From positions 1 to 40,333 of the IMG/VR virus record IMGVR_UViG_3300050126_000021: a stretch of 40,333 nt of DNA, one strand, 5' to 3'. This document shows positions 1 to 7,729 of this stretch, piece after piece. A model generated the notes under the pieces. That model saw nothing but the letters and a program-made list of their open reading frames with translations, ran no database searches and was not told the origin of the DNA. Each line of letters opens with the position of its first letter. The stretch's first letter is position 1. Made by a program: the position numbers and the translations under genes. Source of the DNA: a virus.

Positions 1-127
1 TATTTCAACTGGGTTCGGATTTCGTTCTTCTCGATCTGCTGTGGTTCAATGATGATGCTGTCGGGGATGCCCCAAAAGTTCTCATCATCTTGGTTGAAGA
101 TCAGCGGATAGACAGGGAGCCGGCCGT
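1..127. repeat. Left copy of an exact 127-bp terminal duplication (identical to 40207-40333)
   Basis: Base-by-base reading shows positions 1-127 equal 40207-40333. The repeat lies inside an open reading frame. Confidence 0.95.
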
Positions 128-968
128 TTCTCTGTAGCTTGTCCTCAGCCTCGAAGGCAGGCGCTTGAGGTGCCTGTGTTTTCGCATTCAGCCCGTAGGG
201 GAATAAGACGAACACGATACCGGCTTTCTTGTCTCTGATCTCCCAGGTGACAACCCCATCCATCCGGCGGCGGTCGTTTAGCTTGACGATCTGTGTCCCG
301 CCGACGCCCTTGACGCCATCTTGTAGCTCGTCAGTGTGAGCGAACCGGGGGTCTTTTATGATGTCGTTCTTAGGCCGAGTTGTCTCGTAGCAGACCCAGC
401 GAGCACTGTCGATGTCAGTGCACCAAGCTGGCAAGACTAGCTGGTTAGGATGCGCGCACAGGAGCCAGGGCTGGTCCTTCCGCACAAGGCTGTTGTATTC
501 GACTTTGAGCTGCCGCCGGCGACTGCCTACGTCTGGTCCTTCGGTGGTGATTGGTGCTGGGGTTGGCGTGAACTCTGCGCCGAAGCCGCGCCGGACGAAG
601 CCGGTGCCGAACATCGTGGCATGAAGAACCATCCGCTTCATCTGCCCCTTAACGCCCATGATGTCGATTAGGTTGTTGTCCATCCGCTCGATAAGCTTCG
701 CTAGCAACAACTGCTCCATCCCTGGCTTCGTAGTGCTGACGCTGATGCTTGGGTTGCGGAAGTAGGTGCGTGGGACTAGGCTGCGGATGGCCTTGAAGTA
801 GATGTTGCTGGGCAAGCAGCCTGCATCAAACTCACCGCGACCCCAGCGCCGCCAAGTCGGCCAGCGATCCTCCAGAGCCATCTTCTTGCGCCACTCCTTG
901 CCCTTCTGGACCTGCTCGATCCACCAGGACACATCAATGCTGCCGTTGCTGCGATAGCCCTCAGGCAT
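1..968 (-). CDS. Portal protein, N-terminal part. The ORF runs off the left edge and continues in frame at 40206..39426.
   Basis: ATG at 968 follows AAGGA. The minus frame is open down to base 1 and matches track ORF 39426..40214 across the duplicated end. The joined product is about 582 aa and sits between terminase and scaffold/capsid genes. Confidence 0.75.
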   Translation of the reverse strand, partial: MPEGYRSNGSIDVSWWIEQVQKGKEWRKKMALEDRWPTWRRWGRGEFDAGCLPSNIYFKAIRSLVPRTYFRNPSISVSTTKPGMEQLLLAKLIERMDNNLIDIMGVKGQMKRMVLHATMFGTGFVRRGFGAEFTPTPAPITTEGPDVGSRRRQLKVEYNSLVRKDQPWLLCAHPNQLVLPAWCTDIDSARWVCYETTRPKNDIIKDPRFAHTDELQDGVKGVGGTQIVKLNDRRRMDGVVTWEIRDKKAGIVFVLFPYGLNAKTQAPQAPAFEAEDKLQRNGRLPVYPLIFNQDDENFWGIPDSIIIEPQQIEKNEIRTQLK

Positions 969-981
969 TATTGCTGTCCTT

Positions 982-2268
982 TCACAACCAGCCCCATTCT
1001 TTTAGCTGGGCCATGTCCTTGTTCACCCGCTCGCCGATGTCTGTCCGGTATTGTTTGCCGGCTACGTTTATCTTGTCAAGCAGTCTGTACACTCGCCGCC
1101 GAGCTTCGTAGGTGTAGTCGGTGGAGCGCTCACTGCCTTCGCGGACTGATCCGATGGCAGTTGCTTTCAGCAACACCCCGTCACCGGCGGCGGTCCTGTA
1201 GCCGTCGTCGTCGCGATAGATGTCAGTAAGGAACAGGTGCGGGAGAGTGCTGTCATTTATGCCGGTGACAGGCTCTCCATGGGTGTCCTTGTCAGGCTTT
1301 CTCGCCGGCCACGGCGGGACGCTGAGCCGGACAGCGATCATTGTGTCATCTGTCAGCTTGACCTGTCTCTCCGCTCCGGTGGCGATATCCCATAAGAAGT
1401 CTCCAGCTGGCTCCTCAAGCCCTTCAATAAGCGCCTCCACTGCGTCATATCCCATCCGCGATGTTGCTTCAAGAGCGTAAGCTGTATCGGGTGTGACGAT
1501 ACAGTTGACATCAAGCGGTCCACGGTAGGAGATGTGAGCGAGGAAGCCGGCGAGTTTAGCAACGGTTTCCTTGACCAGAGTATCACCGCCATTAGCGTTC
1601 ACTACCACGTTGCCCATGCAGCCGACTGTCTGGCCCAGGTTCCCCGCCAGGAACTTCTTCTCCTCGAACGTGTGGTTGAACGGGGTCAGGAACCTCCGTC
1701 CGTTGAACCATCCCTCGGTGGACACCTCTATGCCACTCACAACTCGCTGGAGAATGCCAGTCGAGTCGGGGGAGAGTTGCTTCAAGCTGCGCTGCCACAG
1801 GGTCTGGTCTTTCACCACCATTGTCTTGTTGGTCGAGATGTTGCCGTTGGGCTTGATTACCCAGCCTGTTTGCCATTCTAGATTTCCTATGATCTTGTCT
1901 GCCTCGGCGGTTGAGGAGAAGTCGTGTGTTTCGGGGATGGCTAGTCCGGCAGTGGTGAACAGGCGCATCCCTGCGGAGCGATCAAGCTCGATCTTGTCAA
2001 GGATAGGTGAGCAGCCAAGAACAGGCTTGTTGAGCTTGGCGATGTCTGGCGCGAGGCGGGCAAGGCCGACGCAATCGATGATGATTAGATCAGCTTGTCG
2101 GGCGGCAGAGAGCCAGTCTATTGGCCTGCCGCAGATGCCTTCAAGTGCGCGCGAGAAGCGCTCGTCAGCAACCCAAACATCTACTTGATTACCTTCTAGC
2201 TGCAAGCGCTGCGCGACCCCGAGGCCGTCACCTTCCTTGCCCATGACGAGGATGCGGCGACTTGTCAC
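982..2268 (-). CDS. PurD-like (glycinamide ribonucleotide synthetase-like) ATP-grasp enzyme
   Basis: Colinear by-eye similarity to PurD in these blocks: RILVMGKEGDG, ELDRS..LF...GL.IPE, GWVIKPNG, EEKKFLAGNLGQTVGCMG, YRGPLDVNC, GDGVLLKATAIG, YRTDIG. The likely start is GTG 2268, which overlaps the TerL stop as GTGA. The alternative start is ATG 2244. Confidence 0.8.
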   Translation of the reverse strand: MTSRRILVMGKEGDGLGVAQRLQLEGNQVDVWVADERFSRALEGICGRPIDWLSAARQADLIIIDCVGLARLAPDIAKLNKPVLGCSPILDKIELDRSAGMRLFTTAGLAIPETHDFSSTAEADKIIGNLEWQTGWVIKPNGNISTNKTMVVKDQTLWQRSLKQLSPDSTGILQRVVSGIEVSTEGWFNGRRFLTPFNHTFEEKKFLAGNLGQTVGCMGNVVVNANGGDTLVKETVAKLAGFLAHISYRGPLDVNCIVTPDTAYALEATSRMGYDAVEALIEGLEEPAGDFLWDIATGAERQVKLTDDTMIAVRLSVPPWPARKPDKDTHGEPVTGINDSTLPHLFLTDIYRDDDGYRTAAGDGVLLKATAIGSVREGSERSTDYTYEARRRVYRLLDKINVAGKQYRTDIGERVNKDMAQLKEWGWL

Positions 2269-3860
2269 GAGAACTTCTCTGCAATCCCGTAGCGGGTGCT
2301 GCGCTTTTTGGTTCCTTCGAAGATGTATTCCCACGAAAATGGGTTGTCGCTTGGAGTGTTCTCGTTGACAGCGGGTGGCTGGGCTGTGGCGATCGTTGCT
2401 CGCTCAACACAGATTAGCGCATGTAGTGCAGCGAATACTCGGTCGTCGAAGCAGCCCGCGTCAGCCTCGTACTTGCCGGTTTTGCTTTCAACAAAGGTGT
2501 CCAGTTCGGAGCGAAGGGTTTCGCTGTGGATGGTGTATTCGCTGGATAGCAGCCGCCTGCCGGTTCCGAGCAACAATCCCCGAGTTGTTTCGCTTGTGTA
2601 GGTTCCGAAGTTGTTGAGCTGGCTGAGGATGACTTGTGATGGTGGTTGACCGGAAGTGGTGCCGCGATGCAGGCGGTCGAGGGGGTAGGAGCCAACAAGA
2701 ACGCTGATTGTGGTAAGGCCGTGATTGTTGCGCTCTGGATTGATGTAGGCCCAGTTGAAGCGCCGGCCTAGGCCATGAGCGATGTGGCCTAGCTCGTCAG
2801 GTGCGATGTCGTTCGCGACCCATTCGGCTACTTGTTCCCTAGTATCCAGGCAGAATATCTGGATGACACTGTTGTCTCGGCCGATCCCGCCGCCGACATC
2901 GATACCGGCAACATAACCATACTCGTGGCGAGGGTGGCCCTCCAGGCACCACAGCGCCTTGCTCTCCTGCACCCAGCGAGCTACTCGCTCGTGCTTTACG
3001 ACAGGGAAGAAGCTAAAGCCGGTGGACTGGAAGCATTCATCGAAGGTACGAGGATAGTTCTCTTTGAACTTGATCAAGTCTCCATCGTAGTCGGTGAAGA
3101 TGCGCTCCCGCCTCCAGGCGAGTTGCTGCGGAGACACGCCGATGTCGAACAGCTCGGGTTCTTCTAGATCAGGATCAAGCGTCTCCACAATTCTCTCAGC
3201 CTGTTCCTGGTTGAGAGATATGGCGCAAGTGTCGAGCCCGACCCAGGAGTAGAAGAATAGCTTGAAGCCGCTTCCGTTGCGGGCTCGGACTGCTTGGCGG
3301 TGAAACCAGTTGCCGCGGCCGTTGCCAGTGGACTCGACAGTGATCTCTCCAAGCTCGGCGGCAGGGAACAATCCGCTGACTGTGTTCTCTGCGTCTGCAT
3401 AGAAAGCTGCCTCGCTGAGATGGAGATCGGTGATCGTGTCGCCTCGGCCGAAGTTGCGGCTGCCGGCGGTGCCGATCCAGAAGGTGCTGCCAGTTTCTTG
3501 GAATGAGAGCGCCTTCATATTGTCTGTGCCGATGCTTGGCCGCTTGACGCCTGGAGGGAGGCGAAGGTTGTTGACGATGAAGCGGGCGCGCTGTAGGAGA
3601 CGGGCTGTAGCGTCGGCCTCTGCACTGACAATGACGCAGCGCCGGTTCTGTTCGCCCAGGCACTTTGCCACGTAGCGGCCGATGACTAGCGTGCTGATCC
3701 CGGCGTGCTGGCGGATTTTAGTTACAAGGTTCCGCCGCGACCAGTTCGCATCTAGATCAGCCTGCTGCTCGTTCAGCTTAAAGTCGATCGCCGCCCCGAC
3801 ACGATCTACTACGCGGAAGGTATTCTCGATGACAAGGCGGTAGGGCGAGGGATGGAGCAT
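2265..3860 (-). CDS. terL: Terminase large subunit
   Basis: 531 aa with a KIRQHAGIST Walker-A-like block and DLHLSEAAF. Also has VESTGNGRGNWF, ENYPRTFDECF, nuclease-type GIDVGGG..DNSV and a C-terminal FDDRVFAAL. Confidence 0.9.
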   Translation of the reverse strand: MLHPSPYRLVIENTFRVVDRVGAAIDFKLNEQQADLDANWSRRNLVTKIRQHAGISTLVIGRYVAKCLGEQNRRCVIVSAEADATARLLQRARFIVNNLRLPPGVKRPSIGTDNMKALSFQETGSTFWIGTAGSRNFGRGDTITDLHLSEAAFYADAENTVSGLFPAAELGEITVESTGNGRGNWFHRQAVRARNGSGFKLFFYSWVGLDTCAISLNQEQAERIVETLDPDLEEPELFDIGVSPQQLAWRRERIFTDYDGDLIKFKENYPRTFDECFQSTGFSFFPVVKHERVARWVQESKALWCLEGHPRHEYGYVAGIDVGGGIGRDNSVIQIFCLDTREQVAEWVANDIAPDELGHIAHGLGRRFNWAYINPERNNHGLTTISVLVGSYPLDRLHRGTTSGQPPSQVILSQLNNFGTYTSETTRGLLLGTGRRLLSSEYTIHSETLRSELDTFVESKTGKYEADAGCFDDRVFAALHALICVERATIATAQPPAVNENTPSDNPFSWEYIFEGTKKRSTRYGIAEKFS

Positions 3861-3869
3861 TCGGGCTAG

Positions 3870-4217
3870 CTATCCCCAGGCTTCGATAGTGACATAGCAG
3901 CTTGAGGCGCAGATTAAGCTGAGCGTGTCGGCTGTGTTGGGAGCGACTAGCAAGGTCTGACCGCCGACCGGGAAGCTGGCACTGCCGTTTGTCACAGTTC
4001 CGCTTGGTACTGCTGCGTTGCCGTTGAAGTTGCCATAGGTAGGGATCACCGTCGGCGTCAGTCGGAAGAAGGTGCAGCTAGCCGGGAGGGTGTAGTTGGC
4101 GGGCGTTCCTGAGCTTAGGCTGACAACATCAACCCATGTTGGGGCGATGAGCATGTTGTCTACGGGGAAGCCTGTCCGCAGTGGCTGAGCTAGGCGACCG
4201 ACTACTGGAGTTGCCAT
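3870..4217 (-). CDS. Hypothetical beta-rich protein
   Basis: 115-aa ORF packed 10 nt upstream of terL. No signal peptide seen and no family recognised. Confidence 0.55.
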   Translation of the reverse strand: MATPVVGRLAQPLRTGFPVDNMLIAPTWVDVVSLSSGTPANYTLPASCTFFRLTPTVIPTYGNFNGNAAVPSGTVTNGSASFPVGGQTLLVAPNTADTLSLICASSCYVTIEAWG

Positions 4218-4227
4218 TGTGGTTCTC

Positions 4228-5001
4228 CTAGGGCCAACGTGCTGTTATGATAATAATTCCGGCGGCACCAGCGCCACCGGCATAGCCGCTTGCTCCAGCC
4301 GTACCGGCTGAGCCTGCTGCCCCTAGCGAATAACTGTAGGTGGCGGATAGCGATGAGATCATTACTTCAGCGCAAGCTCCCGCACCGCCGCCGCCACCGC
4401 CATAGGTAGTTGAGCCCACGCCAGCTCCACCAGAGCCGCCTGCGCCTGTATTTGGTATGCCAGCAGCACCCGCGCTGGCAGTTGTCGTCATTGGCCCCGC
4501 TCCACCGATACACGATCCCGCGCCTAACCCTCCGGATGTACCGCTCGTTACAACATTAGCATTCGTATCTGACCCGGTAGCGCCGTTCCAGCCAACAGCC
4601 GGCGACCCTGAAAGGGTGCCGCCTGCGCCGCCCGTCCCTAGCGTAGAGCCTGTGCCTTCTACTCCACCCGTTCCGCCTCCAGCGGTATAGCTGCCAAAGC
4701 TAGTATTGCCGCCATTACCGCCAGCGCTTCCGCCAGAAGTGCCACTCCCACCGCCGCCGCCACCTCCGCCAATAAATTCAACTTCAAGCGATGCAGGAAG
4801 AACGCTATTGCAGAGTGGAGTGGTGTACGTGCCAGTGCCTGAGGTGTATACTGTCCGTTGCGGCAGACATGGCACAATTTGCGATGACGGTATCCTTCGG
4901 TTGAGGTGTCCGTCCGGTGACGAGCTTAGAAAGTCTGCCTGAGCTGTAGCAGAGCAAGTTGAGAGTATTGCCCCAACAAGGAGCCAGTTGCACCACTTCA
5001 T
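4228..5001 (-). CDS. Exported glycine-rich-domain protein
   Basis: Sec-type signal peptide MKWCNWLLVGAILSTCSATAQA. The core YTSGTGTYTTP..ASLEVEFIGGGGGGGGSG and long G/A/S/T runs resemble the glycine-rich domain seen in phage fibre-like proteins. Confidence 0.7.
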   Translation of the reverse strand: MKWCNWLLVGAILSTCSATAQADFLSSSPDGHLNRRIPSSQIVPCLPQRTVYTSGTGTYTTPLCNSVLPASLEVEFIGGGGGGGGSGTSGGSAGGNGGNTSFGSYTAGGGTGGVEGTGSTLGTGGAGGTLSGSPAVGWNGATGSDTNANVVTSGTSGGLGAGSCIGGAGPMTTTASAGAAGIPNTGAGGSGGAGVGSTTYGGGGGGAGACAEVMISSLSATYSYSLGAAGSAGTAGASGYAGGAGAAGIIIITARWP

Positions 5002-5011
5002 TAGTCGGCTC

Positions 5012-5506
5012 CTAGTAGTCGTGACAGATTGCGACTATGTTGATCAGGTCGGTGCTGGTGATGGAGCTAGCGAAGGTGGCCTGGAGGGTGTCGCCGCTGG
5101 CCAGGATGAGGTAGGGGTTGCCGTCGCTGTCGAGTGGGAGGCCGGGCCAGTTGACGGCGCTCATTAGGTTCTGCGCCGGGGTGCCGCTGGCAAAGCCGGC
5201 ACTCTCGACCGAGGTTATCGCCATGCCGCCGTAGCGGACAGTCGAGCTGACGAGCTGCACGGTCAGGAGGTGGGTGGCGCTGGCGTCATTGTTGGTAGAC
5301 CAGAGTGCCTTGCAGATGCTGCCATTGGTGCCCCCGGTGTAGATGGTCTTGTAGGTGCCTGCACTGTCGGTTCCTTGAAGGAACTGGACAGTGCCGCGAT
5401 TAGGGGTTTGCGGGGTGACGTAGCTGTTCGGGCTGACAGCCGCCAGAGCAACTTGGGTGTGCAGAAGTGCTGCAATGCTAGCAGCAGCGAGCAGGCGTTT
5501 GAGCAT
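5012..5506 (-). CDS. Exported hypothetical protein
   Basis: ATG 5506 lies 7 nt after GGAGG. Signal peptide MLKRLLAAASIAALLHTQVALA. The start overlaps the upstream stop as TGATG. Confidence 0.65.
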   Translation of the reverse strand: MLKRLLAAASIAALLHTQVALAAVSPNSYVTPQTPNRGTVQFLQGTDSAGTYKTIYTGGTNGSICKALWSTNNDASATHLLTVQLVSSTVRYGGMAITSVESAGFASGTPAQNLMSAVNWPGLPLDSDGNPYLILASGDTLQATFASSITSTDLINIVAICHDY

Positions 5507-5661
5507 CACAAACCTCCAAAGTTGACGCCGGCGAGGGCGGTACTGGCACGGTTGCGGGCGGTAGTGTCGGATGTCGGAACGAATTGAGCCTGAGCAGGTG
5601 GGTCGCAGTAGTGCAACAGCCAGATGGTCAGGAGTGCTGTTACTAGGAACCACCCTCTCAT
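5506..5661 (-). CDS. Small exported protein ending in NFGGL
   Basis: ATG 5661 follows GGAGGG. The 51-aa product has signal peptide MRGWFLVTALLTIWLLHYCDPPAQA and C-terminus AGVNFGGL. Confidence 0.5.
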   Translation of the reverse strand: MRGWFLVTALLTIWLLHYCDPPAQAQFVPTSDTTARNRASTALAGVNFGGL

Positions 5662-5662
5662 C

Positions 5663-6013
5663 TCACAGCCCTCCGAAGTTTCCAACAGCGTTGATGGCAA
5701 TGTAGCGAACATGGAGTGTCGTGTTGCTGTTGGTGGAGTAGAACTCGCTTCCTAGGCTGGCGGCGATCGGGACGGCTGTTGAGTTGGTGAGGTTGGCGAT
5801 AAAGGTCATTGCACTTATTGCTGCTAGCTGGGTGACAGATAGCGAGCCGCCTAGATTGCTGAATGCGGGCTGTTTGCAGGTAGCGTTGCTTGGATAACCG
5901 TAGGCGTTGAGCCATTGGTTAGTTGGGCAGGTGCTGCTCTGCGACCACGCAGCGACAGCTACTAGTCCTAGAACTGCAACTGCGAAGCAGGTTATGGCAG
6001 CGAGGCGGCGCAT
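5663..6013 (-). CDS. Exported hypothetical protein ending in NFGGL
   Basis: 116 aa with signal peptide MRRLAAITCFAVAVLGLVAVAA. Several N-x-S/T motifs are present. The C-terminus is AVGNFGGL. Confidence 0.65.
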   Translation of the reverse strand: MRRLAAITCFAVAVLGLVAVAAWSQSSTCPTNQWLNAYGYPSNATCKQPAFSNLGGSLSVTQLAAISAMTFIANLTNSTAVPIAASLGSEFYSTNSNTTLHVRYIAINAVGNFGGL

Positions 6014-6019
6014 TGGCGG

Positions 6020-6361
6020 CTAGAATAGTGCAACGACGGGGAGGACCATGCCGACTACCTGAGCTGCGATCTGGACCGCGTTAAGGACGCTGGAGAGCCA
6101 GGCAGGAGTGCTGGCTGTGGTTGTGGCAGGGGTCGTGCCGGCGGCGAGCTGAGAGCAGAAGGCCGCGCCATAGGTGGCGATCTGGCTGACGGCCGCCGGA
6201 GCAGTTGAGGCTGTAGCGGCTGCAAGGATTGGGGCTGCGGTTGAGCAGGACTGTTGAAGGCTGGCGACAGTGGAGGCCGTCACACTGGCCACAGTTGCCG
6301 GGGTTGTGCTGGAACAGCCGACAAGGCCGAGCAGGGCGATAGAGGTGAGGAGCTTCTTCAT
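6020..6361 (-). CDS. Lipoprotein with a C-terminal transmembrane helix (unimolecular-spanin-like architecture)
   Basis: MKKLLTSIALLGLVGC carries an L-V-G-C lipobox. The middle is Ala/Thr/Ser-rich. The hydrophobic C-terminus is IAAQVVGMVLPVVALF. Confidence 0.65.
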   Translation of the reverse strand: MKKLLTSIALLGLVGCSSTTPATVASVTASTVASLQQSCSTAAPILAAATASTAPAAVSQIATYGAAFCSQLAAGTTPATTTASTPAWLSSVLNAVQIAAQVVGMVLPVVALF

Positions 6362-6372
6362 GGCAGGATGTC

Positions 6373-6702
6373 CTATGATGCAGGGGTTGGGTCAGATGGA
6401 AGATGCAGCCAGGCGCCAAGGAAGTAGGTGAGGATCATTTGCTCGGCGGCGGCGACTGCGGGGGAGGTGTCGATGTGAAAGTAGGCCAGGATCGCGGAGG
6501 CAATCACGACACCTGCGGCAGCAAGGCCAGCCGAAGTTCCTGTGACGTGGACCGGAGAACTGGTTGAAACGGATTGGTAGGTTGTCGTTGTGCCGGCGGG
6601 AGAAGTTTCCTTTGTCGTAGTGGTGCTTGGAGCGCCAGGCGACGGCGGGAGAAGGCTGGGCTGTTGGGACAGGTCTCGGCCAAGGATGCTGCTGTCTGTC
6701 AT
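6373..6702 (-). CDS. Membrane protein (holin candidate)
   Basis: 109 aa with an S/T/P-rich N-terminus. One clear hydrophobic helix, GLAAAGVVIASAILAYF, and a weaker one, MILTYFLGAWL. ATGA-type overlap with the upstream gene. Confidence 0.55.
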   Translation of the reverse strand: MTDSSILGRDLSQQPSLLPPSPGAPSTTTTKETSPAGTTTTYQSVSTSSPVHVTGTSAGLAAAGVVIASAILAYFHIDTSPAVAAAEQMILTYFLGAWLHLPSDPTPAS

Positions 6703-7031
6703 CTGTTGTGCGCCTCAATTTGGTTGGCGTGAAAGACTTGCTGGAAAGTCTGCATGCCGAGATAGCCGAGGATTGCTAGGAGGATCGCGATCAACATTCC
6801 GCGTTGCCACCAGAGGTTCTTGATATTCTGCTCGTGTTGTTCATTGCGGGCTTCCGTGATGTTATCTAGCTTCTCGTACAGTCGGCGGATGCCCTCCCGA
6901 ACTCGCTTGATCTCGCGCTTGGTCTCCCGGCGGACTTCCAGACAGTCTCGTAGGTGATGCTCGAACTGTGTCTCTATCGCTAGGGATCGAGCTGTCACGT
7001 CGGCTTGGTGCTGCGTCACTCCTTCCGGCAT
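6699..7031 (-). CDS. Coiled-coil protein with a C-terminal transmembrane anchor
   Basis: ATG 7031 lies 9 nt after AAGGAG. A charged helical N-terminal region is followed by GMLIAILLAILGYLGM. Confidence 0.65.
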   Translation of the reverse strand: MPEGVTQHQADVTARSLAIETQFEHHLRDCLEVRRETKREIKRVREGIRRLYEKLDNITEARNEQHEQNIKNLWWQRGMLIAILLAILGYLGMQTFQQVFHANQIEAHNR

Positions 7032-7560
7032 GAGGCAGGTCTCCTTGCTCGATGTTCACGTTGACGGTGAGGTTGGTCTGGAGCATTGCCGCAACTACGG
7101 CTTCGGCTGTCAGCGTGCCGTTTGCTTCCTCGGACTTACCATAAGCACCGAAGCCGGCAGCCTTGAAGAACTGCTCGCTGGCACGGAGAGCTACGTTGTT
7201 GTCTCGCATGTCATTGAGACCGCGCCTTAGGGCTGCCACGGCGAGCGGCTTCATGCTGATGAACTCGTCGTCAGCTTCCTTCAACCTCTCGGAGCGCCGG
7301 GCGATGTAGCGAGGATTGTTGCGGATCATCGACACTCGCTGCGGCGTCATGCCGAGCTTGCCTCCGATGTCAGCTGCTGTTAGTCCGCGCAGGTCGAGTG
7401 TCAGGATCATCTCCCAACGAGTGCTGATCGGGCGACCGTTGAGAGTGTTACCTACTGGCGGCCTTGGGTTGTTTGCTAGAAACCGAGCAGAGTTGTCTGG
7501 TCGCTGCTTCTGCTCATGTCTAGCGTCGAACAGCTCGCGCAGCTCACTTACCACTGACAA
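6862..7560 (-). CDS. HTH protein, putative terminase small subunit or late regulator
   Basis: HTH-like LRGLTAADIGGKLGMTPQRVSMIRNNP, then the helical block AVAALRRGLNDMRDNNVALRASEQFFKAAGFG, which is typical of small terminases. The start is TTG 7560 or GTG 7554, after AAGGAG. The last ~170 nt overlap the next gene in another frame. Confidence 0.5.
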   Translation of the reverse strand: MSVVSELRELFDARHEQKQRPDNSARFLANNPRPPVGNTLNGRPISTRWEMILTLDLRGLTAADIGGKLGMTPQRVSMIRNNPRYIARRSERLKEADDEFISMKPLAVAALRRGLNDMRDNNVALRASEQFFKAAGFGAYGKSEEANGTLTAEAVVAAMLQTNLTVNVNIEQGDLPHAGRSDAAPSRRDSSIPSDRDTVRASPTRLSGSPPGDQARDQASSGGHPPTVREAR

Positions 7561-7729
7561 GTTCCGGCTCCTTGATAGCAGGTTCCCGCGTGGCTTGCTC
7601 GGCGATCTGACGGGCAAGGTCCGGGCGCAGCCTGCCGAAATCGCTGTCGAGTAGGCGGGCAAGGAGCCTGTCGGTGGCGTTGTTGCCGATGGCCGGGCGC
7701 TGATCCATGCAGGTAATATAGGCTGTCAA
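7544..7729 (-). CDS. Small hypothetical protein, first ORF of the long late operon
   Basis: Track ORF starts at TTG 7729, with an in-frame ATG at 7708. The helical charged sequence looks protein-like. Confidence 0.4.
   Translation of the reverse strand: MTAYITCMDQRPAIGNNATDRLLARLLDSDFGRLRPDLARQIAEQATREPAIKEPELVSGK

Noticed and set aside
1-127. The terminal repeat read as a biological direct terminal repeat
   Set aside because: It lies in the middle of the portal reading frame and is an exact copy at the contig ends. That fits an assembly overlap of a circular or permuted genome.
1220-3675. Many 60-205-aa ORFs overlapping the ATP-grasp and terL genes on both strands (for example 1571..2188 and 3196..3663)
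   Set aside because: They are Arg/Ser/Pro-rich shadow frames nested within well-supported long genes. The same applies to 25502..25996, 27186..27647, 33589..34113 and 39636..40176.
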